A DNA stretch of 64,000 nucleotides from a virus (lineage: Duplodnaviria > Caudoviricetes). Of the stretch, positions 39,176 through 49,346 are shown in pieces. Made by a program: the position numbers and the translations under genes. Numbering within the stretch: the first letter of the stretch is position 1; the number at the start of each line of letters is the position of its first letter. The notes below the pieces were generated by a model. It did not search any database, was not told where the DNA came from, and worked only from the letters and a program-made list of their open reading frames with translations. The stretch covers positions 24,407 to 88,406 of the IMG/VR virus record IMGVR_UViG_3300014613_000021. One strand, 5' to 3'.

Positions 39176-41149
39176 CTAATTAATCATAAATCCTGTAAAG
39201 AAAACCTTCGTTATCTCACTGTTCGGAGTAAACTTATATGTCACCTGATACGAGTCTTGAACTTTAGTTACATTAATAGTTGCAGGATAAAATTTCTTTA
39301 TCAAATTATCTGTCGTTGGAGTGATTGTCCTGGATTGCAAATAACCAATCAGCCAGTCACGTACCCTTTTAGTTGAAAGAGTATATTGATTAACTCCCGA
39401 AGGATTCCCAAATAACTGATTTTTTGCATTAATAACAATCTCCTTGTTCAACTGAGAAGTTATGTTTTTGATTTGAATAACATGAGACGTTCCATCATCA
39501 TTTATCTCATAATCATTTCTTTGAAGTGAATTAACATCCTGAACAATAACGAATTTTCCAAAATCACTGTCATATTCAGTGCAAAGAACTCCATTATCCA
39601 AACATTGAATTTTTTCTTTCTTTGAAAGAACATGAGTTTCTTTGTTATGACCAAGTGACTTAAATGTTCCGGGTATCTGTGGAGCCTGTCCGGCAATACG
39701 ACCAAGAACTTCAGCAGCCTTATAAATAGCCGGATAGTTTTTAAACCCTGTCGAAGCCCACTGAGTTGAAATACCTACTCCACCGTGAACAACCCAAACA
39801 CGGTCAGAATCATAATACTGAGCTGTTGGAATTGATCCGTAAGTCTGAGTAAACTTAGTTGAGTCTTCACCGCCGCCAACAACAAGGAATTTTTCAAATT
39901 TCGCCTCATTAACTATATGGGCAAGTAATTTTCCGTTATCAGCACTTTGAGCATCATCGCCATAATCATTGCAAAGAATAAATGTAAAATCATTCTCCGT
40001 AACAGCGTCCAGAACCTCATCCAGTTTTGTTGTGCTGTATGTTTCTGTCCCGCCATAAGCAAGGTTATAATCTGAATAATTGGTCAAATCACCGGCAACA
40101 AACGCCCCTGTTGCACTTGATGTTTCCAGTTTAAAATATTGATTAAACGTAGAATTGTTTGTCATCCACGTAATAAATTCCTGAACAGTTGAAAATTCCG
40201 GTGACTTAACATAAAGAAGTGGAACAGCATCGTCAACAGAAATATTATCCCACGGATCACCGTCAAAATCTTCACCTTTATATGTTCCCCTGTAAAACTT
40301 AAACAAATATTTTGTAGCGTCAATTTCACCAGCTTCCATTACAGCAGCAAAACCACGTGTAAGATTTACTCCATCAACGCCACCAGTCAATGTAGCTGGT
40401 GCCGTTCCTGTTGCCGTTCCGGTAACGACATAAGTTCCTGTATAAGCGTTTGCGTCAGAAGCAACCTCGGTTCCTCTCGGCTGTCTCGCTGTTACCGTTA
40501 TAATAGCAGCGTCTGAAGTAGCCGTATAACCATGTGTTCCAGTCAAGTCATTAATAGCCTCTGCAATTGCAGCAGCAGTTAAATCAATAGAAAGGGGGAC
40601 AGCCGGAACTGTATATGAACCAAGCGTTATCAACGTAGCCCCTTCTGTTATTTTTGGTGTATGTGTGTCACCAGTCGCACCAACCGCTGTAACGGTATAA
40701 TTTCCTGTTGCCAGGGTTTCATCTTCCCTTCTTCCATTTCCAACAATACCTTCATCTCTCATCTGGATTGAAGCGGCTCCATTCGTGAAAGTAAAAACCA
40801 TATTTGCGCAAGTTGTCGTTGCAGCTCTCGCAAAATAAACATTCGGAACACCCCTTGAGGCATATCCGTCCGGAAAAAATAAAGGAAGTCCAAGCAACCA
40901 CCACAAACCGCCTTTTGTTAATGACCTGTAATCAGCAATATTATCAACCGAATAAATTGAATCAAGTCCTGTTAAAAGTTCCCCGTCAATACCAGAACCA
41001 CCACCAAATTCAGCTCCATTTCCAGTATCAATGATTAAAATACGGCCAAATGTTGCCGGTGAAGGAGGGTTTGTTTCACCTGATTTTATTGTGGAATATG
41101 CACCCGGAAGTTCAATTGTCGTTCCGTCAAATACAAATTTAGTTGCCAT
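39176..41149 (-). CDS. contractile tail sheath protein
   Basis: FVFDGTTIELPGAYSTI N-terminus, C-terminal sheath domain; 657 aa. Confidence 0.9.
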   Translation of the reverse strand: MATKFVFDGTTIELPGAYSTIKSGETNPPSPATFGRILIIDTGNGAEFGGGSGIDGELLTGLDSIYSVDNIADYRSLTKGGLWWLLGLPLFFPDGYASRGVPNVYFARAATTTCANMVFTFTNGAASIQMRDEGIVGNGRREDETLATGNYTVTAVGATGDTHTPKITEGATLITLGSYTVPAVPLSIDLTAAAIAEAINDLTGTHGYTATSDAAIITVTARQPRGTEVASDANAYTGTYVVTGTATGTAPATLTGGVDGVNLTRGFAAVMEAGEIDATKYLFKFYRGTYKGEDFDGDPWDNISVDDAVPLLYVKSPEFSTVQEFITWMTNNSTFNQYFKLETSSATGAFVAGDLTNYSDYNLAYGGTETYSTTKLDEVLDAVTENDFTFILCNDYGDDAQSADNGKLLAHIVNEAKFEKFLVVGGGEDSTKFTQTYGSIPTAQYYDSDRVWVVHGGVGISTQWASTGFKNYPAIYKAAEVLGRIAGQAPQIPGTFKSLGHNKETHVLSKKEKIQCLDNGVLCTEYDSDFGKFVIVQDVNSLQRNDYEINDDGTSHVIQIKNITSQLNKEIVINAKNQLFGNPSGVNQYTLSTKRVRDWLIGYLQSRTITPTTDNLIKKFYPATINVTKVQDSYQVTYKFTPNSEITKVFFTGFMIN

Positions 41150-41200
41150 AACTGGATAGTATAATTATTTCCAATCAGAACAACCAAAAATTTAATTGAT

Positions 41201-41252
41201 TGTTTTAGACAATTACGAATAGACAATTAATGATATAAAAATAACAAAAATA
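41201..41252. repeat. 52-bp intergenic repeat, copy 1 (upstream of sheath)
   Basis: One mismatch to 47756-47807; contains tagacaatta twice. Confidence 0.9.
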
Positions 41253-41267
41253 ATTCAGTAATAAAAA

Positions 41268-41458
41268 TTACTTGATAACAAGTCCATCATTTATAAGAAC
41301 TCGTTTCCATTCTGCCCTTGTTTTTTTTGTTGCAGAATACTTCTTTGAAACAAAAAATTTCTCCCTTGAGTTCAAACCAACCTCACCTGCATAAGTGATA
41401 GCTGTTATCTCTTTTTCAACTTTTGTATCCTTTTTGATTTCTTCTTTCTTTGACATAA
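41268..41458 (-). CDS. small basic protein (start likely MSKKEE)
   Basis: Upstream part of the tracked ORF overlaps a promoter-like element; Lys-rich. Confidence 0.55.
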
Positions 41459-41482
41459 TGCTAAAATTTTTAATTATTTGAC

Positions 41483-41490
41483 CAAATATA
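41483..41490 (-). promoter_or_regulatory. Bacteroidota-type -7 element TATATTTG
   Basis: TAnnTTTG with a TTG about 20 bp upstream. Confidence 0.5.
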
Positions 41491-41648
41491 CAAATAAATT
41501 TTAAATATTGCAACCATTTGATGATATTGTTTGTTGATAATCAAATAGATAGCTATTTTTGCAAATACACATATATTTTTTCCGCTTTATTTTTGTAACT
41601 ATTTGATTATCAACACTTCCTATTTAAAAATATAAAAATTACATTTTA

Positions 41649-42317
41649 TTAAATATCATCTAATTCAACTATTGTTTCTGTGAATGCTATTGAAGCTATT
41701 TGTTGCGCTGAAATAATTGAAGGAACTGTTATTTCATATTCAAATTTAACCGTTACACTTCTAAAAAATATTCCTTTTGGCACAAGCTCAGAATTAATCT
41801 GTACATCCTGACCTCCAATCATTACATTCATAAATCCAGACAACTCCAATGAATCAAATACACTTACTAACATACCTCTCAATAAATGATAAATCAACAA
41901 TACTTCAAAGGTATTATCAGAAGTTATCACTACATGAAACATTGTGTCAAATGTCCTTGTATATTGTTCGTGTTGTTTTCCATCAATTATTACAGGGTCA
42001 GCATACCCTTCTCCCATTCCTAAACCATCCTTTGCCGGGTTTTCATTTGGCAGTGTTATATGAATAGTTGGAATACCCGCCCTGTCAGAATCAAAAAATA
42101 TACGGGTTTCAAGTTTCCTTTGGTGTTCTACACCCCTGTTAATAAACAAATCAACAGCCTGTTGATAATAGTCAAACTTTCCATAAACCTGTCCATTGAA
42201 ATAATTATAAAGAATAGACTTACTCTTGTCAGTATACTTATTATAATCCTGTTTGATATAAATTAATATACCATCAATCAGTTTCTTTAATATTATTTCC
42301 GGCATTAATACAGCCAT
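41649..42317 (-). CDS. tail terminator/completion-like protein
   Basis: Position between neck genes and sheath; IPTIHITLPNE. Confidence 0.55.
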   Translation of the reverse strand: MAVLMPEIILKKLIDGILIYIKQDYNKYTDKSKSILYNYFNGQVYGKFDYYQQAVDLFINRGVEHQRKLETRIFFDSDRAGIPTIHITLPNENPAKDGLGMGEGYADPVIIDGKQHEQYTRTFDTMFHVVITSDNTFEVLLIYHLLRGMLVSVFDSLELSGFMNVMIGGQDVQINSELVPKGIFFRSVTVKFEYEITVPSIISAQQIASIAFTETIVELDDI

Positions 42318-42318
42318 A

Positions 42319-43086
42319 TCACAAATTGTTTAAAAAATTACTAACAGCTAAATCCGTTACATTATCCATCCTACTTGCATTAAATTCAGTAAAAGCCTTA
42401 TTCATAAAATCCCTTGCTATAATTCCGGTATGAATAAATGAATTAGCGTCTGAAGCCTGTCCTGCCCGGCGAAATGTCACATAACCGCCATGATGTTTTT
42501 TAGGTGCTTTTTGCATTCCTTCATAAATTGAATGCTTATGAACATACTCATCAAATGTCTTTGAAGTAAGTACAATTTTTTCCCTGACACCTCTTTCTTC
42601 CTTAAATTGTTCCGGTAGCATTCCGCTTTTTAAAGACTGTCCGACAGCAAGTGTCTTTACTGTTTTATAAATAGCTTCAGGCATTACATTTGAAAAAGCC
42701 TGAGATGAAGCCTGTATTCCTGGTATTCTGTGTCTGAACGGTATAGTTAAATACCACCCGCCCTTTTTATTGTATTTTACTTTACCACTTTTTGATTGTT
42801 CAAAATAAGGCTTTAAATCAAACGGTTCTAATCCTTGTTCAACTGCATTTGGCAACCAACCATCTAATTTAACCCCTTTTACAGTGGGACTGACACTAAA
42901 TACATAAAGGCTTTTTGTATATTCATCTTTTGTTTGCCTTAAATCAGAAGTAGCTGCCATATCATACCATGTCCTGTAAAAATCTTCTGTTACCTTTTCA
43001 AGAACATAGGTAATAAAATCATCCTTTGTCTTACCTGTTAAGGAAAATTCAGAAATTTGACCGGATAAATCTATTTCTATATTCAT
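42319..43086 (-). CDS. neck/tail completion protein
   Basis: LPNAVEQGLEPFDLKP, YLTIPFRH, YVTFRRA. Confidence 0.55.
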   Translation of the reverse strand: MNIEIDLSGQISEFSLTGKTKDDFITYVLEKVTEDFYRTWYDMAATSDLRQTKDEYTKSLYVFSVSPTVKGVKLDGWLPNAVEQGLEPFDLKPYFEQSKSGKVKYNKKGGWYLTIPFRHRIPGIQASSQAFSNVMPEAIYKTVKTLAVGQSLKSGMLPEQFKEERGVREKIVLTSKTFDEYVHKHSIYEGMQKAPKKHHGGYVTFRRAGQASDANSFIHTGIIARDFMNKAFTEFNASRMDNVTDLAVSNFLNNL

Positions 43087-43089
43087 TTT

Positions 43090-43845
43090 TCAATAACTAT
43101 TATCAAATATCAAATCACCCTGAAAATTTTGAACATCCAAAACATAATGGCTTCGTCTTCCTATCGCTGAAACTGGAAATTTTGTATTCTTGTCACCAGT
43201 TGATTGTAATACATAAGAATTTCTGACCTCTCTTGTTAAATCAATAACATGATACTGAATTTTATGCCTATATCTTACAGTACAGGTAAAGTCAAGATAA
43301 GATTTATACTTATTTATAAACAAAATCTTATTGCCGGAAACAGTAAAATCAACACCTTCTTCAAGTTTTTCAAGAGGCATTTCATCCCCTTTATAAACAA
43401 ACAAATCAATTAAATCTTTTATGACATAAATTGTAAAAGCAAATAATTGACCATTAAAAACCTGTGGATATACAATTTGAGAAAACCGTGAATCACTACC
43501 TTCAACTGTTAGCCTATCCATATCAGCTAACAAATCAATGTCCCTTGCCGTTATTGTGACCGTTCCGGCTCTTTCTGCCGACCAGGGCATATATTTTGTC
43601 GAAGCACTCAGCGATTGAAGAACCATCTTTGTTTTAACCGGATTAATAAATAACCACCCTGTACCCCCACAATTACGACATTTTACGTTATGACCTCCAC
43701 CCTTACTTTTACACGGACAAGCTATTGCAGATTCCCAAATAACTTCATATCCTTTCTGATAAATTAAAACGTCAAAATCAGAATGAACAAAGTCAACTCT
43801 CGGTTTCTGAATTGTCTGCGGAGCAGCTTGTGTTACAACGATCAT
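43090..43845 (-). CDS. head closure/neck protein with Zn-binding motif
   Basis: IACPCK...CRNCGGTGW. Confidence 0.6.
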   Translation of the reverse strand: MIVVTQAAPQTIQKPRVDFVHSDFDVLIYQKGYEVIWESAIACPCKSKGGGHNVKCRNCGGTGWLFINPVKTKMVLQSLSASTKYMPWSAERAGTVTITARDIDLLADMDRLTVEGSDSRFSQIVYPQVFNGQLFAFTIYVIKDLIDLFVYKGDEMPLEKLEEGVDFTVSGNKILFINKYKSYLDFTCTVRYRHKIQYHVIDLTREVRNSYVLQSTGDKNTKFPVSAIGRRSHYVLDVQNFQGDLIFDNSY

Positions 43846-43846
43846 G

Positions 43847-44632
43847 TTAACAAACGGTAAAGGTTATATCCTTGTAAAAACTTTTTAATCTTGGTATTTC
43901 AATCTTCAAATCTTTAATATAGTTCTCAATTCTTGCTCCATATCCCGCATTTGTTGCTGAATTCGTAGTTCCTATACTCTGCGAAAGTCCATCTATACTT
44001 AAAGACATATTCGCAATTCCCGCTCCAATTATTATATCTCCCATCTGATGAAAAATAAATATCGAAGCTATTTTCCCTATAACCGTCAATATATCGTTAG
44101 GAATCCTTGTAAAGCCTGTTATATACCTTAATTTCCAATAATACGGAACATTACTGTAACCAAGAAGACCAATGGAAGATATTGTATTAAATGTTAATCC
44201 GGCCTGATTAATCAAGGCATTTTGATACGCAACAACAAACATCTGTCTCGACCAACCTTTGTCATCCCCACTCGTTTTACTTACCAACCACTCTTCCGGA
44301 TACTCAACCTGCAAAACACCACCTAAATAACCATCCATAGCCAACGGTTTCATTACCGGGTAAGAGGTTTGAATAAAACCCCACTTAATTAAATCATTTA
44401 CATAAAAACTTGAATTTTCTTCATAAACCTGTTTGAAAAGTTTTATGTCAAGTAAATTCTCAACCTGTTCCTGCGCTGATTTAATAAAAGTTGTTATATC
44501 TTCATTGGTCATTTCAGTTCCGTACTGATTCTGCAACCTAATACCATAAAGATACAAAGAAACAAGTTCTGAGGGACCCATTATAAGCCCATCATTTTTC
44601 TTGTATGATGTTTTAAAATTTAATTGCCCCAC
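43847..44632 (-). CDS. head-tail adaptor
   Basis: IKSAQEQVENLLDIKL, YITGFTRIPNDI, SLSIDGLSQS. Confidence 0.7.
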   Translation of the reverse strand: MGQLNFKTSYKKNDGLIMGPSELVSLYLYGIRLQNQYGTEMTNEDITTFIKSAQEQVENLLDIKLFKQVYEENSSFYVNDLIKWGFIQTSYPVMKPLAMDGYLGGVLQVEYPEEWLVSKTSGDDKGWSRQMFVVAYQNALINQAGLTFNTISSIGLLGYSNVPYYWKLRYITGFTRIPNDILTVIGKIASIFIFHQMGDIIIGAGIANMSLSIDGLSQSIGTTNSATNAGYGARIENYIKDLKIEIPRLKSFYKDITFTVC

Positions 44633-45288
44633 TAAATTTGAGATAACAGATAGTCAACCAATTTTGATTTATTAAGGTCTTTCCACTCTTTTTCAGGCAG
44701 TCCAGCATCAGAAGCGATTGACTTCAACTCTTTTACTGTTGTTTCCATTAATTTGTTTCTTTTTTCTTCTGTGTCGTTCTTATTATTTTTTTTGTCGGGA
44801 TTAACACCTCCAATCTGAAACTCACCATTATTAAATACCTCAATTTGCTTCTTTAATTCTGCATTCTCTTTTAATAAATCAATGTTTTTCCTTTGAGCAG
44901 ATTTAAGAGCGTCTTCAATTTCAGGATTAGATACTTCACTGCCTTTATTCAGCTTTTCAATGTCATTAACTAATTTAACATTCTGCTCCAAAGACTTTTC
45001 CTGTTTCAACTTCAACTGTTCAATCTCTTTACCTTGTTTCTCAATTATTTTCTGATATTCAGACACATAATTGATTTGCTGTCTCTCTTTTTCAGGCAAT
45101 GAAGATAAATCAATATCATTAATAAGAGAAATAGATGAATCAACGGACATTAATTCCCGGATGTTGGTTATATCAGTTTCCGCTTCACAAGAATCATTAA
45201 ATGTTAATTCGCAAACTGAATTTAAAACTGTTTTTCCTGCCCGATGAAGTTCTGAGGTTTTTACTTTTACTAATTTCATAATTATCAT
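44632..45288 (-). CDS. coiled-coil protein with C-terminal Rho-N/HeH-like motif
   Basis: Central heptads; TVKELKSIASDAGL...KSKLVDYL. Confidence 0.6.
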   Translation of the reverse strand: MIIMKLVKVKTSELHRAGKTVLNSVCELTFNDSCEAETDITNIRELMSVDSSISLINDIDLSSLPEKERQQINYVSEYQKIIEKQGKEIEQLKLKQEKSLEQNVKLVNDIEKLNKGSEVSNPEIEDALKSAQRKNIDLLKENAELKKQIEVFNNGEFQIGGVNPDKKNNKNDTEEKRNKLMETTVKELKSIASDAGLPEKEWKDLNKSKLVDYLLSQI

Positions 45289-45316
45289 TTTTAGTTAATA
45301 TTCATTAAAACAACCA

Positions 45317-45324
45317 TAAAGATA
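45317..45324 (-). promoter_or_regulatory. putative promoter element TATCTTTA
   Basis: Between capsid terminator and neck operon. Confidence 0.45.
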
Positions 45325-45351
45325 TAAAAAAGATGTTTAGTTTCCAAAAGC

Positions 45352-45385
45352 AAAAGAGCCTGAGTAATTAAACAAAGGCTCTTTT
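45352..45385 (-). terminator. intrinsic terminator after major capsid gene
   Basis: aaaagagcct / aggctctttt inverted repeat with A/T tails. Confidence 0.75.
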
Positions 45386-45409
45386 AAAAAATGCAAATTT
45401 ACCTCAAAC

Positions 45410-46882
45410 TTAATTTGCAGAATAAGCTCCAATATTGATAATCTGAACCATCTTACCAGGGGCTTTCAAAATCGGAGTTATATACATCAATACAACAAAC
45501 CTGTCAGCAGTAGAAAGACGTGCTAAATCCATTTTCATCAAAGGAGCAAGCTGACGAACAGTCCAAACTTCTTCAGCATTTTCAATAAGAAGACACTTAC
45601 TTGTGTTTGAAATAAATCTGTTCCTGTCTCTTATGAGACCAGCAGCACCACCATCATACCCGGCAGCTAACTGTGCTGTCGAAACCTGAAAAATAGGGTA
45701 CAGTTTTGTAGCTGCAACCAAAGTAGTCGGTGTTTTTTCGCTTCTGTAAATTACATAACCTGTGGCTACATAAGTTCCAGAACCGGCAGTAAATTTCAGA
45801 TCAACAGATTGAGTTGCACCTACTGTCAATAACGCTGAACCAAGAGCTACAACAGCAGACTCTCCATACTGATTTATAGCAGCCACACCGTAATAATAAT
45901 CGCCTGCATAAGCAGCTGCAAACCTGTTCAGTGTATCCGTTGCAACAGCCTTCGGGGTTGAACCATCGGCAACAGGAGAAGCCGGAGCCTTTGTACTGGT
46001 TGCATTATCAGTTGTGAATCTTGCAGGGTTTTCACGCATGAATTTATCGTATCCAAAGTCAATCCTTCCAAAGGAAGTTTCAACACCCTGAACACGCTGA
46101 CCCATATAGGCATTTGATACTTGAGCTGTATTCGGCTGAATAAGTTTCTTTGAATAAAACTGTTTTACAAACCCGGAAATAACAGCAGTAGGGGCCATAA
46201 GAAGATCACCGTAAGAATTATTGTTAATAAGGTTTTCATTCCCTTGTTCAACATTTTCTTCTTTCAGATAAGAACCCCTCAAATCAATAACACTCAGCGA
46301 ATCCTGCCACAAATCAAGAGTAGCAAAATAATCTTTCTGTTGTTTGTAAAACCCGTCAAACTGAACAGGAACAACATCAGCATCACCTTTACAAAGATAA
46401 TAATCAGCAGCCCTGAGAACAGTCATTGTACCAGATTTAATTTCCTGCCTCACAATATCAACAAGTGCCCTTATCAACTGAGCCTGATGAGTTACTGACC
46501 GAGTCTCACCAATATATTTGACAAACTGTGACTGACGGCTGTAAGAAGTTGAGTTTTCTTCAGGAAGACCACCTTCTTCAAAAAAACCGCTTACATTACC
46601 GTAACTTTCCAGTCTTTCATACTGCTCAACAGTTGAATAAGCCGGAGACTTTGGTACTTTCTGCCACAGAGCTAAGTCCTGCTCTTTAAATTCCAAATTA
46701 ACAAGCGTCTTTTCAAGTGATTCAACTTTAAGTGAACCTGCGCTTGTTGCGCTCGGATCAGTCCCCAAAAGATGACCAACCGACATAGCTTTGTTAAGTT
46801 CTGCTACTGTCTGAGCACTCTCAACACCAAAACCAGTACCAAATTGCTCATACGCTGATAAATCAATTCCTAAATTTTTCAT
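45410..46882 (-). CDS. major capsid protein (Herelleviridae-like)
   Basis: LKVESLEKTL, LWQKVPKSPAYSTVEQY, QLAPLMKMDLA; follows protease and scaffold. Confidence 0.88.
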   Translation of the reverse strand: MKNLGIDLSAYEQFGTGFGVESAQTVAELNKAMSVGHLLGTDPSATSAGSLKVESLEKTLVNLEFKEQDLALWQKVPKSPAYSTVEQYERLESYGNVSGFFEEGGLPEENSTSYSRQSQFVKYIGETRSVTHQAQLIRALVDIVRQEIKSGTMTVLRAADYYLCKGDADVVPVQFDGFYKQQKDYFATLDLWQDSLSVIDLRGSYLKEENVEQGNENLINNNSYGDLLMAPTAVISGFVKQFYSKKLIQPNTAQVSNAYMGQRVQGVETSFGRIDFGYDKFMRENPARFTTDNATSTKAPASPVADGSTPKAVATDTLNRFAAAYAGDYYYGVAAINQYGESAVVALGSALLTVGATQSVDLKFTAGSGTYVATGYVIYRSEKTPTTLVAATKLYPIFQVSTAQLAAGYDGGAAGLIRDRNRFISNTSKCLLIENAEEVWTVRQLAPLMKMDLARLSTADRFVVLMYITPILKAPGKMVQIINIGAYSAN

Positions 46883-46916
46883 ATCATTTTAATAATAATG
46901 TTTTTAACCAATTTTT

Positions 46917-47702
46917 TTAAGAAATAACTGCAATTCCATGTTCACGACCGAGTTCATCCACAATACCTTTTGAAATAAACCCTCCACCTTCAAGATCAAT
47001 AACGGCATCAGAATAAACTTGTTCTCCGTTTTTGCTCTTTGCAATTTCATCGAGTTTGTTAACAATTTGCCTTCTCTGCTCCGGATTTGAAACGGATAAT
47101 ACAGTTTTTCCTTCTTCATGAGCCTTTTCAATGAATTTCTCCATGTATTTTGCTGACTGAACAGATTTTACTGGAAGAGGTTCATCCTGGAGTTTTTCAA
47201 TCTCTTCATTGGCCTTTTTCAGTTCCTCTTTCTGTTGTTCAATTTCAGTAACAAGTCCATTTACTTTGTCACTCAAACCCTTATTTATAATAGCCAAAGC
47301 ACTGAGTTTATTGTCAATCTCCGCATGCTGAGATTTAAGCAGTTCTTCGATCCCTTTTGAAATCTCACTTTCTTCAGGTTTTTTAGGTTCTTCACCTTTT
47401 TCAACCGATTCAAGTTGCTTTTCAAGTTCTGATTGTTCTGCTTTCTTTAACTCAATAGCTTTTTGAATTTCTTCTTTTTTGTCTTTCTTTGAAGCAGAAG
47501 TGGCTTTATATGTTGCCTTATCCTCATCAGACATAGCATCATATTTCTTCTGTTCATCTTTAGTCATATCCTTATAAAACGCCTCTTCAGCTTTTTCTTC
47601 TTCTGTTTTACCGGGATTTCCTGACTGTGACCTTTCAATACCTAAAGTCTCAAAAGCCTTTTCAATAACTTCAGGAGTTATCTCAATGGTTTGTTTTGTC
47701 AT
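46917..47702 (-). CDS. capsid scaffolding protein
   Basis: Charged coiled-coil between protease and MCP; many (I/L)xK(A/G/S) motifs. Confidence 0.7.
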   Translation of the reverse strand: MTKQTIEITPEVIEKAFETLGIERSQSGNPGKTEEEKAEEAFYKDMTKDEQKKYDAMSDEDKATYKATSASKKDKKEEIQKAIELKKAEQSELEKQLESVEKGEEPKKPEESEISKGIEELLKSQHAEIDNKLSALAIINKGLSDKVNGLVTEIEQQKEELKKANEEIEKLQDEPLPVKSVQSAKYMEKFIEKAHEEGKTVLSVSNPEQRRQIVNKLDEIAKSKNGEQVYSDAVIDLEGGGFISKGIVDELGREHGIAVIS

Positions 47703-47755
47703 AATAATAAATGGTAAAAATTTTATCCCGGTGAGAACAATCTTAGGAAAAAGAC

Positions 47756-47807
47756 TGTTTTAGACAATTACGGATAGACAATTAATGATATAAAAATAAC
47801 AAAAATA
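47756..47807. repeat. 52-bp intergenic repeat, copy 2 (upstream of scaffold/MCP)
   Basis: One mismatch to 41201-41252. Confidence 0.9.
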
Positions 47808-47837
47808 TTTATTAAACAAAAATATTAACAAAAAAAA

Positions 47838-49346
47838 TTATTTAATATTCATAAACTCATCATATTTTTCTTTATTTTCAAATTTCCATCCAGAATAATA
47901 CTCAGGCAAATTATATGATTTATAAGTGCTGTCAAACCATCCGTACTTTCCGTTCATCTCTCTTGCCGTTTCATAAAAATATTCAGGCTTATCACGAACT
48001 CTTTCAATTTTTTTTGCATTAGTTTGCAAAAAATCAAATTTTCTTTGCTCTAATGATTTTCTTTGTTCTAAAACTATTTTTGCCTCAGACTTAGAAATAT
48101 TTAATTTCTCTCTGTAACTGTCCCAATTTTTAGAAATATCAGCAAGTTCAGCAGAATTTAAAAAATAAGTTTTCTTCATGCCTCCACCATACTGTTTAGG
48201 AAGAAATCCAGCATGATGCCACTCCATATTAGGTACTGCATATTCCAAAACACCCTTAATTTCAGTAACATCCAATCCGGTTGCTTTCTTAAAGAGTTGT
48301 GTTGCCTCACCAAGTGTCAACTTACCCTTGTCGTCTTTTGCAGACTCATGCCTTCTACTAACATATTTTACAGAACTCAACCCCCCACCAACTAAATAAA
48401 CATCTTTATCATGTTTAAGTTTAGAATATTTATCATAAATATTTTTTAATCCCTCCTTTTTCTTTTCCTCAGTAATTTCACCCACACTTTCTTTGCCAGC
48501 CTTATCTTCAATGGTTTCCTTTTTACTACCATACTTCTTTCCAACCCGACCAAGTTTACGATTTTCAGGAGTATCCTCATAAATACCACTTTTAGCTTTC
48601 TCCAAATCCTCGTCAGAAACTAAACCCAATTCATGTCCTTTAACAATAATACAACACGCCTCATCAAAACTTAGTTTACTATCCTGTTCCAAAATTTCAA
48701 TATTAAACCCCTTATCCATCATATATCTTTTTCCATCACATGAAATATCAAAAATATGATCGCTTTCACCTTTTTCAATTTCATCTGTTTCAGATTCATA
48801 GTCATAATCAACAAAAGGTTCTTCGTATTCACCCTTCATTATTGAAAGAAATGTGTTGCTATTTTTTGGAAACGGAGTAATAGCAATGCCCGTTATTAAT
48901 GCCTTTTTTATTCGTTTTGGGTTAATGTCATCTCTCTCTAATGCCGTCCCTTCAATACTCCATGCAAGTTTTCTCTTTGACCCGGATTTCTCAAGAACCT
49001 CAGCAAGCTCATAAATCTGTTGCGCCTTTTTTGAATGAGACCACAATTTACCTTCAATATAAAAATCTTTTCCTTTATTTACCACAACAGCCTTTGTTGG
49101 TTCTCCAACCAAAGCCGTTGGATCATGTTTTGCCTGGTGATTATAATTCAGATAACCGTAATCCAGTAATTTATCAAACTGAAACCCGGAAGGCTCAAGA
49201 GTTTCTCCGTCAGAATCTTTTGTCATACTGGACGCAACACCCTTAACCATCATTACGTCTTCTCCGGTTTTCGGGTCTTTCCCTTTTTCAAATCCTGAAA
49301 TAGGTATTGTAAAATTAAATTTATCTTCTTTAGTCTTTGCTTCCAT
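47838..49346 (-). CDS. prohead protease with long modular C-terminal extension
   Basis: [25 protein letters not shown] protease motifs in the first ~170 aa; then [12 protein letters not shown] and an EWHH-containing domain. Confidence 0.8.
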   Translation of the reverse strand: MEAKTKEDKFNFTIPISGFEKGKDPKTGEDVMMVKGVASSMTKDSDGETLEPSGFQFDKLLDYGYLNYNHQAKHDPTALVGEPTKAVVVNKGKDFYIEGKLWSHSKKAQQIYELAEVLEKSGSKRKLAWSIEGTALERDDINPKRIKKALITGIAITPFPKNSNTFLSIMKGEYEEPFVDYDYESETDEIEKGESDHIFDISCDGKRYMMDKGFNIEILEQDSKLSFDEACCIIVKGHELGLVSDEDLEKAKSGIYEDTPENRKLGRVGKKYGSKKETIEDKAGKESVGEITEEKKKEGLKNIYDKYSKLKHDKDVYLVGGGLSSVKYVSRRHESAKDDKGKLTLGEATQLFKKATGLDVTEIKGVLEYAVPNMEWHHAGFLPKQYGGGMKKTYFLNSAELADISKNWDSYREKLNISKSEAKIVLEQRKSLEQRKFDFLQTNAKKIERVRDKPEYFYETAREMNGKYGWFDSTYKSYNLPEYYSGWKFENKEKYDEFMNIK

